Shown piece by piece: positions 38,652 to 51,460 of a stretch of DNA of 64,000 nt. The notes beneath the pieces were generated by a model, which was not told the DNA's origin, made no database searches, and saw only the letters and a list, made by a program, of their open reading frames with translations. The DNA comes from Eledone cirrhosa (lineage: Eukaryota), in the NCBI GenBank assembly GCA_964016885.1, contig OZ024744.1, forward strand, positions 118,048,001 to 118,112,000, written 5' to 3'. The translations under genes and the position numbers were made by a program. Within the stretch, counting starts at the first letter, position 1, and each line of letters starts with the position of its first letter.

Positions 38652-38853
38652 CTTTACCCATTACTCTACTGAATTGTCTCGGAAGGTCTTCATTAGTTGG
38701 GGTAGCCTCTCCTTCAGAGATCAGAGTTAAATTGGCTTTTCGTATTGATAAATTATCGTTTGTTGCTATGTCAGCATTTGCCTTCATCGGTGTATTTAGA
38801 ATACTCTTCAGCTCAGTCAATGCCGTTTTCATTGGACAACCACTTATAATATT
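38652..38853 (-). CDS. SAMD4: Smaug/SAMD4 exon, PHAT-like region
   Basis: Encodes NIISGCPMKTALTELKSILNTPMKA...EDLPRQFSRVMGK, similar to SAMD4 ...ILTPIKA...DLPGQFTRVMGK. Acceptor tttcag, donor GTAAGT. Confidence 0.92.
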
Positions 38854-39179
38854 CTGAAAACAAAATCAGAGGAATATCTCATTATATAATTGTATGTGCT
38901 GAATTTATATATTTTATGTAAACTAAAGGCAGAGTTTGGCCATTATTGACCTTCCTGATTCAAATCATTTCAAAAATACTTAGGAAGAGTTAAGTAATAT
39001 AACTAACAATTCCATTATTAAGCTACTGCATGGAACATAAATTAAGAAAGCTTCATCATCATCGTCTTCATTTTAATGTTCATTTTCCCAGCTAGCAAGA
39101 GTTGGACAGGTTTACATAGACCAAGCCAGTACTGAAGCGGGGTACTGATCTCCGACAGGGCAGCTATCTGAGAGATCAG

Positions 39180-40425
39180 TACATCATCATCATTTTACAT
39201 CCACTTTTCTCTGCTTGCAAGGGTGGGACAGGTCCTATTCAGCACAGCATCTCTCCATTCGTCATGGTCCTTTGTCATCTCCACAGTGAGCTTCAGCGAT
39301 CTGAGGTCTGCTCTCACCACCTCCGCCCATGTTTTTCATGGTCTTCCTCTACTGGGATTTCATGGCACTTCTTTACCCAGCTGTCATCCTCCATGCGCAT
39401 CACATGTCCATACCATCTCAGTCTTCTCTCCCACACACTACAGCTTATCCCTCTTATACACTTTCTCTCACAACTCATCTATGCTTGGTCGTTCACGCAC
39501 ATTGACATTGCACATCCAATGGAGCATGCTTGCTTCATTTCTCTCCAGACGTCGCATATCGTCTGTAGCTGCTGTCCATGTCTCACTACCATGCAGCATC
39601 GCGCATCTCACACAGGCATCATATAACCGACCTTTCGTTTGTAGGGAGAAACCCCTTTTTGTCAACAGAAGAAGCAGTTCCTTAAAATTCTTCCATCCTG
39701 TCCTTATTCTAGATACTATGGCCTCACAACACCCCCCTCCCATCCTAATCTGATCACCTAGGTATCAGAAGCTACCAACCACTTCTATAGAACCCACCTG
39801 CATTTGAAAAATGTGTCTATCAATGCGACTTCTACTGTCAAATTTCCCTGTACATCTACTGCATACATATTTTTCCCTACCTGTTAGTTTGTCTGCTATC
39901 CCACTACATCTCCTGTGTATCCAAGATTTGCATTGTGTACATTTTATAGAATTTATGCCAACTCCTTTGCTACATATCGAACCAGGCCATTTCCCTGATG
40001 GAATCAGAGTTTTGTCCTCTTTTCTACTTATCAATACTTTAGTCTTAGCTAGGTTCACTCTCAGTCCTCTTGCTTCCAACTGCTGTTTCCATAGCCAGAA
40101 TTTATTCTCTAGCTCCTCTACTGATTCTGCTATAAGAACCAGATCGTCTGCATAGAGAAGTTCCCATGGGCAGCCAGTCTTAAACACCTCTGTTATGGCT
40201 TGAGGACTATAATGAACAAGAGTGGGCTGGGGACCAAACCCTGATGTACTCCTATTTGTATCTAGAATTCCTCACTAAACTCCATTTCTATTCTCACTGA
40301 CAGCATCCCTGTACATAGCTTGCACTGTACTCACAAGCCATTCCTCTACACCTAGTTTCCTTAGGGACCACCAGATGACAGATTGGGGTACTTTGTCCAA
40401 GGCCTTCTCTAGGTCAACAAAAGCT
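39180..40425 (-). mobile_element. 5'-truncated RTE LINE (RT domain to 3' end), decayed
   Basis: AFVDLEKA.D, WELLYADDLVLIAES, Cys-rich insert C..C..WIH.RC, then GRLYDACVRCAMLHGSETW...RRLERNEASMLHWMC and a (GAT) tail. Confidence 0.93.
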
Positions 40426-40719
40426 GTTGTTGAATATTTTTGCAACCTCTATTTAGTGAAAGATCTTGTTTATAGTAGGTAGATCTTTTACAATGTATTG
40501 TATCTCAAATCTTGATAGTTTTTTAAAGACCAACTTCAAGATGTCCTCTCTCAGACTGGTAATGTTTCTCTTGTTGAATCTTTTCATAATCACCATGTTA
40601 ATTTAAATAGAATCCCTTTAAAATAGGTAAGGGTTATGGTGGGTTGGTATCAAAAGAGTTAATAAATATTGGTTTGTTTTAATGTATTACTATTTTGTGT
40701 GTATAAAGTTCCTAATTAC

Positions 40720-40806
40720 CTGTTCTAAGGTCATCAGAAGCTTGTGTCTGTCTTTTAATTTCTGTATACTTAATACTATCTTGTGTCGAGCTCCTTTTGT
40801 CACATT
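40720..40806 (-). CDS. SAMD4: Smaug/SAMD4 exon, SAM domain C-terminal part
   Basis: Translated by hand (absent from the ORF track): [29 protein letters not shown], matching SAMD4 [20 protein letters not shown]. Acceptor tttcag, donor GTAAT. Confidence 0.96.
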
Positions 40807-41789
40807 CTGAAACAAAAAAACAAATTTCTTATATAAAAATTAAATCAATGCTTTAGTATTGAATGTAATCTATCCATAAATGCACATCATCATTAAAACC
40901 ACCGCCACCACCATCAAAACCATCACCATCACCATCATTATTATTGTCATTTATACTTCTGTTTTTCCATAGTTGCATGGGTTGGATGAAACTCTTTGAA
41001 ACATTGTTTCCTACATCCAAATGCCATTCCCGATGCCAACCTCCACCTGATATGGATCTACACATGACTAACTGCTGACTAGTGGGACCTCACTTTATGC
41101 AGAACATAAACAAAAATTACTATCTGCACAGGCATTGTCGAATACAATGAGATGACATGTCAAAAGACAAACACACAAAATTATGAAGGACTTTGTATAG
41201 TTTCTGTCTACCAGGCATTAGATATCCCCAGGCTAGTGCTCAATGTGCCACATAGTAGGAGCCCAAACCATGTGGTTACAAAGGAAACAACCCCACTGTT
41301 AAACCTGTTCCGTTTCTTGCTATATTTAACTTATTATAAAAGGTAATCCACTTAAGTACCAAATACAAAACTTGATCAAATCACCACTACCACCACCACC
41401 ACTACCACCATCACCATCATTATCATTATCATCATCACCACAACCACTACTATCACCATCACATCACTACCACCATCATCATCATGACTCATCACCATCA
41501 CCGTCTAACATCTATTTTCCATGTTTGCATGGGTTAGATGGTTGTCATGCATTGAGGCCTGACTGATCAGGTGAATAGGTCCTTCATGTAAATTGTTTTA
41601 CCCTGGTTTCTATAGCTAGATGTCCTTCCTAACACCAACCACTTTACAGAGTGTACTGGGTGTATGGTTTCTATAGCTGGATGCCCTTCCTAACACCATC
41701 TACCTTACAGAGTGTACTGCGTGTCTGGTTTCTGTGTCTGGTTGTCCTTCCTAACACCAACCACATTACAGAGTGTTCTGGAAGCATGC

Positions 41790-42020
41790 TTCCTTCTAGT
41801 TTGCCTTCTGTCTCCAAGTTTTCTTTTAGCTCTGATTCTAAAGTCTCTTATCACTATGTTATGTTGGGTTGTACACTCCTCCCCGGGGAAGACCTTTGTG
41901 TGTACAACCATAAGTTTGTTTGGGCTTCTGGTGAGGATAAAATCAAGCAGGCTTTTGTGCTCCCCTGATTTGTAGGTGATCAAGTGATTAGCTGGGCTTT
42001 TTTAAGTTTGTGATATAGAT
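41790..42020 (-). mobile_element. RTE LINE endonuclease fragment, downstream half
   Basis: KKPANHLITYKSGEHKSLLDFIL...KVFPGEECTTQHNIVIRDF. Confidence 0.8.
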
Positions 42021-42023
42021 ATG

Positions 42024-44876
42024 TTTCTTTATTAGCCACAGGGGCACAAAAGAAGGGGACAAATACAAAGGGGGAAGTTTACATACAATAAAAACGTGTA
42101 AAATATTATCACAAATGCAAATTAAAAGTTAATCGATTTTCCCCAATAGGGGGAGACAGTTCATATGGGTAACACATACCCCCGAAAAAATGTGCAACCC
42201 TCATCTCCAGGAGTACGAAGAGTTTGTTCTCCTTTCCTTTCTTCCTCCTTTTCCTCAACCTACAGGCTGATATAGAGAGAAGGCCCATTCACTCGGGCCA
42301 TTCTCGCCACTTTCACCCACCTTTCATAAAACTTGCTGGGGTACAGCACCTCTCTCTCCATCCTGATTCTTCTTCCAAAGTGGTATTTGAAAAAAAGAAT
42401 CAGTTGGCCGGAGAGAAAGGTGTCTGACCTCAGCCCTTTCAACCTTGTCCACCATACAACCTCTTTCGCCATAGCTATCACACAAAGGAAAACCGCCTCT
42501 CCTTCGTTTTTGAAGGAGGGTGGCGGTTTGATCATGACAATGGACTCGGTGGTCAACCGGATTGGTCCCACCTGCAACAGATCTTTTTTGAAGGGTCCCT
42601 GCCCGGGCGCCCATGTCTGTAGAGCTCCTCGGTAGCACTGCCAGGCCAGGGACTTTTGGAAGTTGTCCATTGGTCGCCTTCCTCCACGCCTAGAGTTTCT
42701 CCGAGTTGTCCGGTGAGGAATACGTAGAGATGCCGCAGCCTGAGCGCGTCGTCAGCCACGGCATCCCCAGCCCTCTGTTGGAAGGGTGTTGGCAGCAGAT
42801 GGATCTTCTCACCAAAGGAGCCCGCTTCTTCCATAGGAATTGGAAGAGCGCGCGCTCCATTTTGGCGAGCGTTTTTGGCTGGACAAGGCATGACGGTCAA
42901 GCGGTAGTAGATGGCGGACGCTATAAAAGTGTTCGCCACCTCTGCTCGACCTTTCAAGGATAGTTTGCACTTGGCCCACTTCTGGGTGAGTGCAAACACT
43001 TTGGCCGACACCTCGTTCCAGTTCTTTTCTACCTGGAGGTCCAGACCAAACCAGACCCCGAGCAGCTTCACCGGTCCTTCGATCCACCGTCCGACGACGC
43101 CATTGGAAGGCATCGCTTTGCCTCTCCGCAATCCGAGTTGCAAACCGATGGACTTGTCCCGGTTCAGCTTAGCTCCTGTGAACCTTTCGTATTCCTTCAG
43201 TAAGGTGCCGACTTCCTCGATTTGTGAGGTGCTCGACACCATTACTGTCACGTCGTTGGCGTAGGCCGATGCCACTTTCCGCAGTCCCGGTTCCAGAGAG
43301 ATGCCCTGCAATAGCTCCAACTTCCGCAGTAGAGGCTCGAGAGTCAGTACGTACAGAAGGGAGGAGAGAGGGTATCCCTGTTGGATGGATCGTGTGATAT
43401 GGAACGACTCCGAGAGGTAGCCGTTCACTTTGACCCTTGAGCAGATGTTGCTGTTGTGCATTGCAGCAATCCAGCGCCTGAACACGGGTCCAAAGCCTGC
43501 GCCTCGAGCACCACATCCAGGTAACGATGGTCAACCCTCTCGAAAGCCTTAGACAGATCCAAGTTGATCAGGGCCCCACCGAAGCCGGCTTTACACTCTA
43601 CTCTCTCTCTACGATGTATTGCATGAGGTGGAGGTTGTCGTGTATGGACCTGGTCGGGATTGTGCATGTCTGCGCTTCTCCCACCAGGTTTTCGACGACA
43701 AGCGCCAGCCTCTTTGCCAACACCTTGGCCAAAATCTGTAAATCTGTGTTGAGCAGAGTTATGGGCCAGAAGTTGCCTATGTCATCCCCCTTATTCTCGT
43801 CCTTCCTGACTAGTGTGATTACGCCCCTGGTCACAGAACTAGGAATTCTCCCGTTCTGCTGCCAGTTGCAGTAGACCGCTTCCAGGAGAACAGAGAACAA
43901 GTCCGGCATTGCTACGTAAAATTCATAGGGTAGACCGTCGAGACCTGGAGATTTGCGTTTGCCGCATTGGCTCAGCGCGTCCTCTATCTCAGCGGCTGAA
44001 ATCGGCCTTTCGCAGACCTTCGCCTCTCTGTCCGAGAGTCGCGGTAGGCCGTCGAGGAATGGACCGAAATCTATAGCCCCTCCTGCCCGAACAGCTGAGC
44101 AAAGTGCCGCTGAAAGGCCGCGCACATCTGCTTCGGCTCACACATCCGTCTTGGTCCTTCAAAGACCGAATTGTGGACTTGTTGTCACTTTTCGCCTCCA
44201 TCACCCGGGCCCAGCTAACAGCTTTGGCTCCCTCGTTACCCAGAGCACGTATTTTGCTTCTGACAACGCAGCCCTCGTGCTTTGCATCGAAGAACTGGTC
44301 CAAGGCCGTTCTCGTTGCTAGCACGCTGGCTACATTGCCACTTCTACTTTATCTACCAGTTCCTTCTTGGTCCTATTTCTATCTAACACTAATTCTTTAC
44401 TAAAAACTAATGAGTCTAATCTAACTTCCCTCTTGAGAGAGTACCACCATCTGTTGTTGACAATGGCCCCTGTCAAGTGCTGTTTAACTAAAGTGCTAAT
44501 CCGCTTACTGTAAGCTTTGTTTGTCGGTAAGGACAAGTTTAGCTTCCAGTAACCAGGTCCTTGACTATGGGTTCTATCAAGGTTGACCACTCCGGTCACC
44601 AACTTGCGATCCGAATAGTCAACCATGAACATTCGTGGACAGCTTAATATGTCCCTATCCTTGTTTCTAACTAGGAACCTATCTAGGTACGACCTAGATG
44701 TTGTGCTGCGATTAGTCCACGTCCACAGTCGGAAAATCTAGTCGATATCTATCGGCCGATTAACCGTTTGAGGCTGTTACAGCCCCCTCTATCGGGACAT
44801 GCCCCTACATAGTCCCAACGTGCATCCAGGATACCATTCCAGTCCCCCACTAAAAGCAAGGAGCAGGACGTTCCAA
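42024..44876 (-). mobile_element. Tx1/L1-clade LINE ORF2 (endonuclease tail, RT and 3' UTR), frameshifted
   Basis: LVGDWN, GPGYWKLN, KSPGLDGLPYEFY, WPITLLNTDLQILAKVLAKRL, LDLSKAFERVDH, QGYPLSSLLYVL.LEPL, AYANDV. AATAAA at the 3' end near 42030. GC-rich relative to its flanks. Confidence 0.92.
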
Positions 44877-45130
44877 TCAGACTATCTGCAATACAAAACT
44901 TCAAGAGCCTTGATACCTCCTCATTTCTTGTACCATACCCAAAGCCTCTGTAGACACCATGGATGCCCTTACAGCATTGCCCAACATATTCACTGAAAGT
45001 GACCAGCCATGACTATAATACCTCTACCACTTGATAAAGAGGTAGTTTACATATGAGTCTCATAAAAGTGGTCTTTCAGTTCATGTCATCCTGTTTCTGG
45101 TCTATGTAGAAATAATTGTCGCAGTTATCT
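44877..45130 (-). mobile_element. RTE LINE endonuclease fragment, upstream half
   Basis: The reverse complement reads GIHGVYRGFGYGTRNEEVSRLLKFCIADSL, collinear with 21293-21634. Confidence 0.75.
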
Positions 45131-45184
45131 AACCTAGGACCAGTCTAAGTTTAATGATTCTGTCATTCACCATAGTCACCTTAC

Positions 45185-45360
45185 AGGCGAAACCAAGAAG
45201 TAGGAGACCCAGGGGTAGATCACGATCAAGATGGTTGGATAAGATCCATGAGCTTGGCTGGTCATGCTTGGGGATCCAGCTGGATCAGTTGGAGGTGGTT
45301 GCCTCTGACAGGACCCACTGGAGGGAATGTTTGAGGACCCTGCCCCCACGACCTTCACAA
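45185..45360 (+). mobile_element. RTE-type LINE 3' end fragment
   Basis: RRPRGRSRSRWLDKI...VASDRTHWRECL. Confidence 0.7.
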
Positions 45361-45961
45361 TGGTTCACAGACAGTCTCAAATTCATTTGACTGGAGTTTG
45401 GTCCATGTCAGATTGGACTTAAGCTGGTCCTTGTTCTTTCGACAACATTGGATCCAACACGAAAAGAAACCAACATCAACAATATTATTTTTCTTTGATG
45501 AAGAATTAACTTCAAAATATCAGATTCCTTTTTTTTCCTAAAATTAACCAAACTCAATTTTTCCCCAACACAAACCGCCACCTATCCCCTCAGATATTTT
45601 ATATGTAAAGGACTTCAGCAGGGGTGTTGGGTTTACAATCACAATATTGCAGGTTCAATTTCTTGACAAGGTAGTGAGTTGTTTTCTTGAACAAAGCATT
45701 TCGTTTCACATTGCTCTAGTACACTCAGCTGAAAATAAGTATCAACAGTAGTAGCTGGGAGTTTAACCCTGCAATAGGCTAGCATCCTGTCCAGGGGGAA
45801 GAAAGTCTTGTACTTTCAGTCACTTAACACCAATGAAACTACAACAGACTCTGGGCTTTGACTTTTATGTTTATATAACTTGAAGAGAAACAACACCTAG
45901 GAGGATGAGGACAGTGAGGATGAAGCGGAGGATGAGTTTTTTCTGTAGCTGAGATAGATAC

Positions 45962-46071
45962 CTGTTCTTCAAGCCATTGTTCAGAAAGATCCATCATATC
46001 TTCATAACTCAACAACTGAAATAAGTAGGAGTATTTGTGTAAGCGCAGAGTTTTCAACCAAATAGGTACAT
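45962..46071 (-). CDS. SAMD4: Smaug/SAMD4 exon, SAM domain N-terminal part
   Basis: Encodes (D)[36 protein letters not shown], the Smaug/Vts1 SAM signature WLKxLRLHKY. Canonical splice sites, phase 1 to 0. Confidence 0.96.
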
Positions 46072-46684
46072 CTGAAAAACATTTACAACAGACAAAATCA
46101 AAATCAAAACAATATTTACAGACAAACAAACATTTTTTTACAAAATACTTGTTCTAAAGTTTTATTATAGTATGTAGAACAAATACTCTCGGGCCTCAAA
46201 TAATGGGGGAGGGGGGGGGGATAAGAGCAGGGGTTGGAAAATTGGTAATCTTTCTAGGTTGTCTCATTTTTAAAAAACCAGAATTAGTCGTTTAGTTTAC
46301 ATATTGAGACCCCAACCCATCCTATTTATTTTATACTGTATGGGATTATTTCTAGTAATGTACGTTATTCTCAGGAAAGCATCACTTGCTGTGTAGTTAG
46401 TTACTATCAGTGTTTCAGACACAGTCTCTCCCTCACTCTACTTCACTCTCAACATTTTGTTTTGGTTTAAACCATTTCGAGTGATCAATAACCTTCAGGA
46501 ACGAATTATGTTTGTGAACCAAGGTTCCACCGTATAGCTTTGTTTTTTCTGATACAAATATCAAATTTTTGTCCTAAAGTTCAAATCCTCAACCCCTGAA
46601 GAGTCTCATTGATGCTTGAGGTCACTAACAATCACTTTTGAAGGAGGATGGTCCCTGTTCTAAGGTGTAAAATACTAATCTTAC

Positions 46685-46930
46685 CTTGCATGCCACTACC
46701 AGGTTCTGTAAAACTATTCCGGATAGGTTGTCCACCTTCATCTTGATGTGTGTCACTGCCACTCCCCGAAGAAGTGACACTGCTCTGGGGTGATAATGGT
46801 GCATGATCGGAGCTGCTAGAAAATGGACGTACATGGGGGTAAAGATCTTCACATTTAGCCAACCAGTCGGATATATTGTCAGGAGGTGTGACTGATGTCG
46901 TTCGACGCAATGGAGCATGTAAATTACTAC
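46685..46930 (-). CDS. SAMD4: Smaug/SAMD4 exon, pre-SAM region
   Basis: Encodes SNLHAPLRRTTSVTPP...SDHAPLSPQSSVTSSGSGS...RNSFTEPGSGMQ, matching the SAMD4 motif SDHAPLSPQSSVASSGSG...RNTFQEEGSGMK. Acceptor ttttctag, donor GTAAG. Confidence 0.92.
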
Positions 46931-46994
46931 CTAGAAAACAAAGGAAACAAAGATACTTAGAGGACCGAGAAATTTGAATAAATTAGCATTAATA

Positions 46995-47172
46995 ATGGTG
47001 GTGGTGGTGGTGGTGGTAATGGTGTTAGTTGTGGTGAGGATGGTGATAGTGGTGATGATGATGGTGGTGCTGATGGTGATGGTGGTGGTGATAATGATGA
47101 TGGCAGTGGTGACGATGATGGTGGTGATGATGATGATGATGATGATGGTTGTGATGGTGGTGGTGGTGATGA
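46995..47172. repeat. (GGT/GAT)n trinucleotide repeat
   Basis: Read directly; similar tracts at 40895-40950 and 41383-41500. Confidence 0.9.
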
Positions 47173-47287
47173 TCTTTCTCACATGTTAATACAGCAACAA
47201 ATGATGTTAATAGTGGAGCTGGATGCTCTGTGAGTATAATAGCCAGAATAAGGATAGGGAGCTACTACCACTGTTGACCACTATGGT

Positions 47288-50200
47288 ACCATAGAAGTAG
47301 TTGATAGCTTTTGTTACCTAGGTGATCTAATTAACAGTGGAGGAGGTTGTTCTGAGAACATACTAGCTGGAATAAGGTAAAAGTTTATGGAACTGCTACC
47401 ACTGTGAGAAGTGTGATGCTACATGGTAGAGAAACATGGGCTGTGACTGCAGAAGACGTGGTGCTACACGGTAGTGAAACATGTTATGTGACTAGAAGAC
47501 ATGTGGTGCTACACGGTAGTGAAACATGGGCTGTGACTGTAGAAGACATGTGGTGCTACATGGTAGAGAAACATGGGCTGTGACTGCAGAAGACGTGGTG
47601 CTACACGGTAGTGAAACATGGGCTGTGACTGCAGAAGACGTGGTGCTACACGGTAGTGAAACATGGGCTGTGACTGTAGAAGACGTGGTGCTACATGGTA
47701 GAGAAACATGGGCTGTGACTGTAGAAGACGTGGTGCTACATGGTAGAGAAACATGGGCTGTGACTGCAGAAGACGGGGTGCTACACGGTAGTGAAACATG
47801 GGCTGTGACTGCAGAAGACGTGGTGCTACACGGTAGTGAAACATGGGCTGTGACTGTAGAAGATATGTGGTGCTACATGGTAGTGAAACATGGGCTGTGA
47901 CTGTAGAAGATATGTGGTGCTACATGGTAGTGAAACATGTTATGTGACTAGAAGACATGTGGTGCTACATGATAGTGAAGCATGGAATGTGACTAGAAGA
48001 CATGTGGTGCTACATGATAGTGAAGCATGGGATGTGACTGTAGAAGATGTGGTGCTACATGGTAGTGAAACATGGGATGTGACTGTAGAAGACATGTGGT
48101 GCTACATGGTAGTGAAACATGGGTTGTGACTGTAGAAGACATGTGGTTCTACATGGTAGTGAAACATGGGCTGTGACAGAAGACATGTGGTGCTACATGG
48201 TAGTGAAACATGGGTTGTGACTGTAGAACACATGTGGTTCTACATGGTAGTGAAACATGGGCTGTGACTGTAGAAGATATGTGGTGCTACATGGTAGTGA
48301 AACATGTTATGTGACTAGAAGACATGTGGTGCTACATGATAGTGAAGCATGGGATGTGACTGTAGAAGACATGTGGTGCTACATGGTAGTGAAACATGGG
48401 ATGTGACTGTAGAAGACATGTGGTGCTACATGGTAGTGAAACATGGGTTGCGACTGTAGAAGACATGTGGTTCTACATGGTAGTGAAACATGGGCTGTGA
48501 CTATAGAAGACATGTGGTTCTACATGGTAGTGAAACATGGGCTGTGACTGTAGAAGATATGTGGTGCTACATGGTAGTGAAACATGGGCTGTGACTGTAG
48601 AAGATATGTGGTGCTACATGGTAGTGAAACATGGGATGTGACTGTAGAAGACATGTGGTGCTACATGGTAGCGAAGCATGGGATGTGACTGTAGAAGACA
48701 TGTGGTGCTACATGGTAGTGAAACATGGGATGTGACTGTAGAAGACATGTGGTGCTACACGGTAGTGAAACATGGGCTGTGACTGTAGAAGACATGGTGC
48801 TACATGGTAGTGAAACATGGGTTGTGACAGTAGAAGACATGTGGTTCTACATGGTAGTGAAACATGGGCTGTGACTGTAGAAGATATGTGGTGCTACATG
48901 GTAGTGAAACATGGGCTGTGACTGTAGAAGATATGTGGTGCTACATGGTAGTGAAACATGTTATGTGACTAGAAGACATGTGGTGCTACATGATAGTGAA
49001 GCATGGGATGTGACTAGAAGACATGTGGTGCTACATGATAGTGAAGCATGGGATGTGACTGTAGAAGACATGTGGTGCTACATGATAGTGAAGCATGGGA
49101 TGTGACTGTAGAAGACATGTGGTGCTACATGGTAGTGAAACATGGGATGTGACTAGAAGACATGTGGTGCTACATGGTAGTGAAACATGGGATGTGACTG
49201 TAGAAGACATGTGGTTCTACATGGTAGTGAAACATGGGCTGTGACTGTAGAAGACATGTGGTGCTACATGGTAGTGAAACATGGGTTGTGACTGTAGAAG
49301 ACATGTGGTTCTACATGGTAGTGAAACATGGGCAGTGACTGTAGAAGATATGTGGTGCTACATGGTAGTGAAACATGGGCTGTGACTGTAGAAGATATGT
49401 GGTGCTACATGGTAGTGAAACATGTTATGTGACTAGAAGACATGTGGTGCTACATGATAGTGAAGCATGGGATGTGACTGTAGAAGACATGTGGTGCTAC
49501 ATGGTAGTGAAACATGGGATGTGACTGTAGAAGACATGTGGTGCTACATGGTAGTGAAACATGGGTTGTGACTGTAGAAGACATGTGGTTCTACATGGTA
49601 GTGAAACATGGGCTGTGACTGTAGAAGACATGTGGTGCTACATGGTAGTGAAGCATGGGATGTGACTGTAGAAGACATGTGGTGCTACATGGTAGTGAAA
49701 CATGGGATGTGACTGTAGAAGACATGTGGTGCTACACGGTAGTGAAACATGGGCTGTGACTGTAGAAGACATGGTGCTACATGGTAGTGAAACATGGGTT
49801 GTGACAGTAGAAGACATGTGGTTCTACATGGTAGTGAAACATGGGCTGTGACTAGAAGATATGTGGTGCTACATGGTAGTGAAACATGTTATGTGACTAG
49901 AAGACATGTGGTGCTACATGATAGTGAAGCATGGGATGTGACTGTAGAAGACATGTGGTGCTACATGGTAGTGAAACATGGGATGTGACTGTAGAAGACA
50001 TGTGGTGCTACATGGTAGTGAAACATGGGTTGTGACTGTAGAAGACATGTGGTTCTACATGGTAGTGAAACATGGGCTGTGACTGTAGAAGACATGTGGT
50101 GCTACATGGTAGTGAAACATGGGTTGTGACTGTAGAAGACATGTGGTTCTACATGGTAGTGAAACATGGGTTGTGACTGTAGAAGACATGTGGTTCTACA

Positions 50201-51130
50201 TGGTAGTGAAACATGGGCTGTGACTGTAGAAGACATGTGGTGCTACATGGTAGTGAAACATGGGTTGTGACTGTAGAAGACATGTGGTGCTACATGGTAG
50301 TGAAACATGGGCTGTGACTGTAGAAGATATGTGGTGCTACATGGGCTGTGACTGTAGAAGATATGTGGTGCTGCATGGTAGTGAAACATGGGATGTGACT
50401 GTAGAAGACATGTGGTGCTACATGGTAGTGAAGCATGGGATGTGACTGTAGAAGACATGTGGTGCTACATGGTAGTGAAACATGGGATGTGGCTGTAGAA
50501 GACATGTGGTGCTACATGATAGTGAAGCATGGGATGTGACTGTAGAAGACATGTGGTGCTACATGGTAGTGAAGCATGGGATGTGACTGTAGAAGACATG
50601 TGGTGCTACATGGTAGTGGAGCATGGGATGTGACTGTAGAAGACGTGGTGCTACATGGTAGTGAAGCATGGGATGTGACTGTAGAAGACATGTGGTGCTA
50701 CATGGTAGTGAAGCATGGGATGTGACTGTAGAAGACATGTGGTGCTACATGGTAGTGAAGCATGGGATGTGACTGTAGAAGACATGTGTAGACTGGAGAG
50801 AAATGCAGCAACTATGCTCCATTGGATGTGCAGTGTAAGTGTGAGAGAAAGGGGACTGCTTTGATATAGGCATGTTATACATATGGATAATGAGTGAAGA
50901 AGTGCCGTGAAATCCCAGTGGAAGGAAGCCACAGTAGAGGTAGACCAAGACAGACCTGGGTAGAGGTAGTGAGAGCTGATCTCAAATCACTAAGATTCAT
51001 AGAGGAGATGATTAAGGAACGCAAGGTGTGGAGAGATACTGTGCTGAGAAGGACCCATCTAACCTAATGCAAGCATGGGAAAATGTACGGAAAAACAGTG
51101 ATGATGATAATGTTGATGAAGATGATGAGG
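47288..51130 (+). mobile_element. RTE LINE 3' portion with an internal tandem expansion
   Basis: Left flank IEVVDSFCYLGDLINSGGGCSE. Right flank RLERNAATMLHWMCSVSVRE...GRPRQTWVEVVRADLKSL and a (GAT) tail. Collinear with the 39180-39800 copy. Confidence 0.9.
47410..50787 (+). repeat. 45/47-bp tandem array (~72 units) inside the RTE LINE
   Basis: Unit tgtggtgctacatggtagtgaaacatgggctgtgactgtagaagaca, encoding VLHGSETWAVTVED. Confidence 0.97.
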
Positions 51131-51232
51131 ATGATGAAGATGAAGATAACAGCAGTAAATGCAAAGTAAAAACTAATAAAGGAGTAAATGAAAGAAGAGT
51201 GACAGTGATACATTTATCGATATATTACTTAC

Positions 51233-51319
51233 AACTTTTGGGGTGATAAGCTGGTTCCTGGAATTTATAGTTTTCAATATCAAGGACACAAAGGAGATTG
51301 TCAGACTGACCACTGCCAC
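51233..51319 (-). CDS. SAMD4: Probable Smaug/SAMD4 internal exon (87 bp, phase 1-1; xGSGQSDNLLCVLDIENYKFQEPAYHPKS)
   Basis: tttcag acceptor and GTAAGT donor on the minus strand. The frame is open and its phase matches the next exon. The peptide itself is not recognisably conserved. Confidence 0.6.
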
Positions 51320-51460
51320 CTGAAATACAATGCACAACATTAAACATTTAGTACAATTTTAAAAGTCAATTGTAAAAATCAAAAACAAGATAATACTGTA
51401 GTCTCCAATAAATCTAATCGTCCCATATGGAAACAATAATTGCTAAAATTAATTGATACA

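Noticed and set aside
42260-44632. Active retroelement or a novel RT system
   Set aside because: It has multiple frameshifts, the catalytic YADD is mutated to YAND, and it is 5'-truncated. This is an ordinary dead Tx1/L1-like copy.
46931-47189. Poly-T/I and poly-V/M ORFs
   Set aside because: They come from a trinucleotide microsatellite in an intron.
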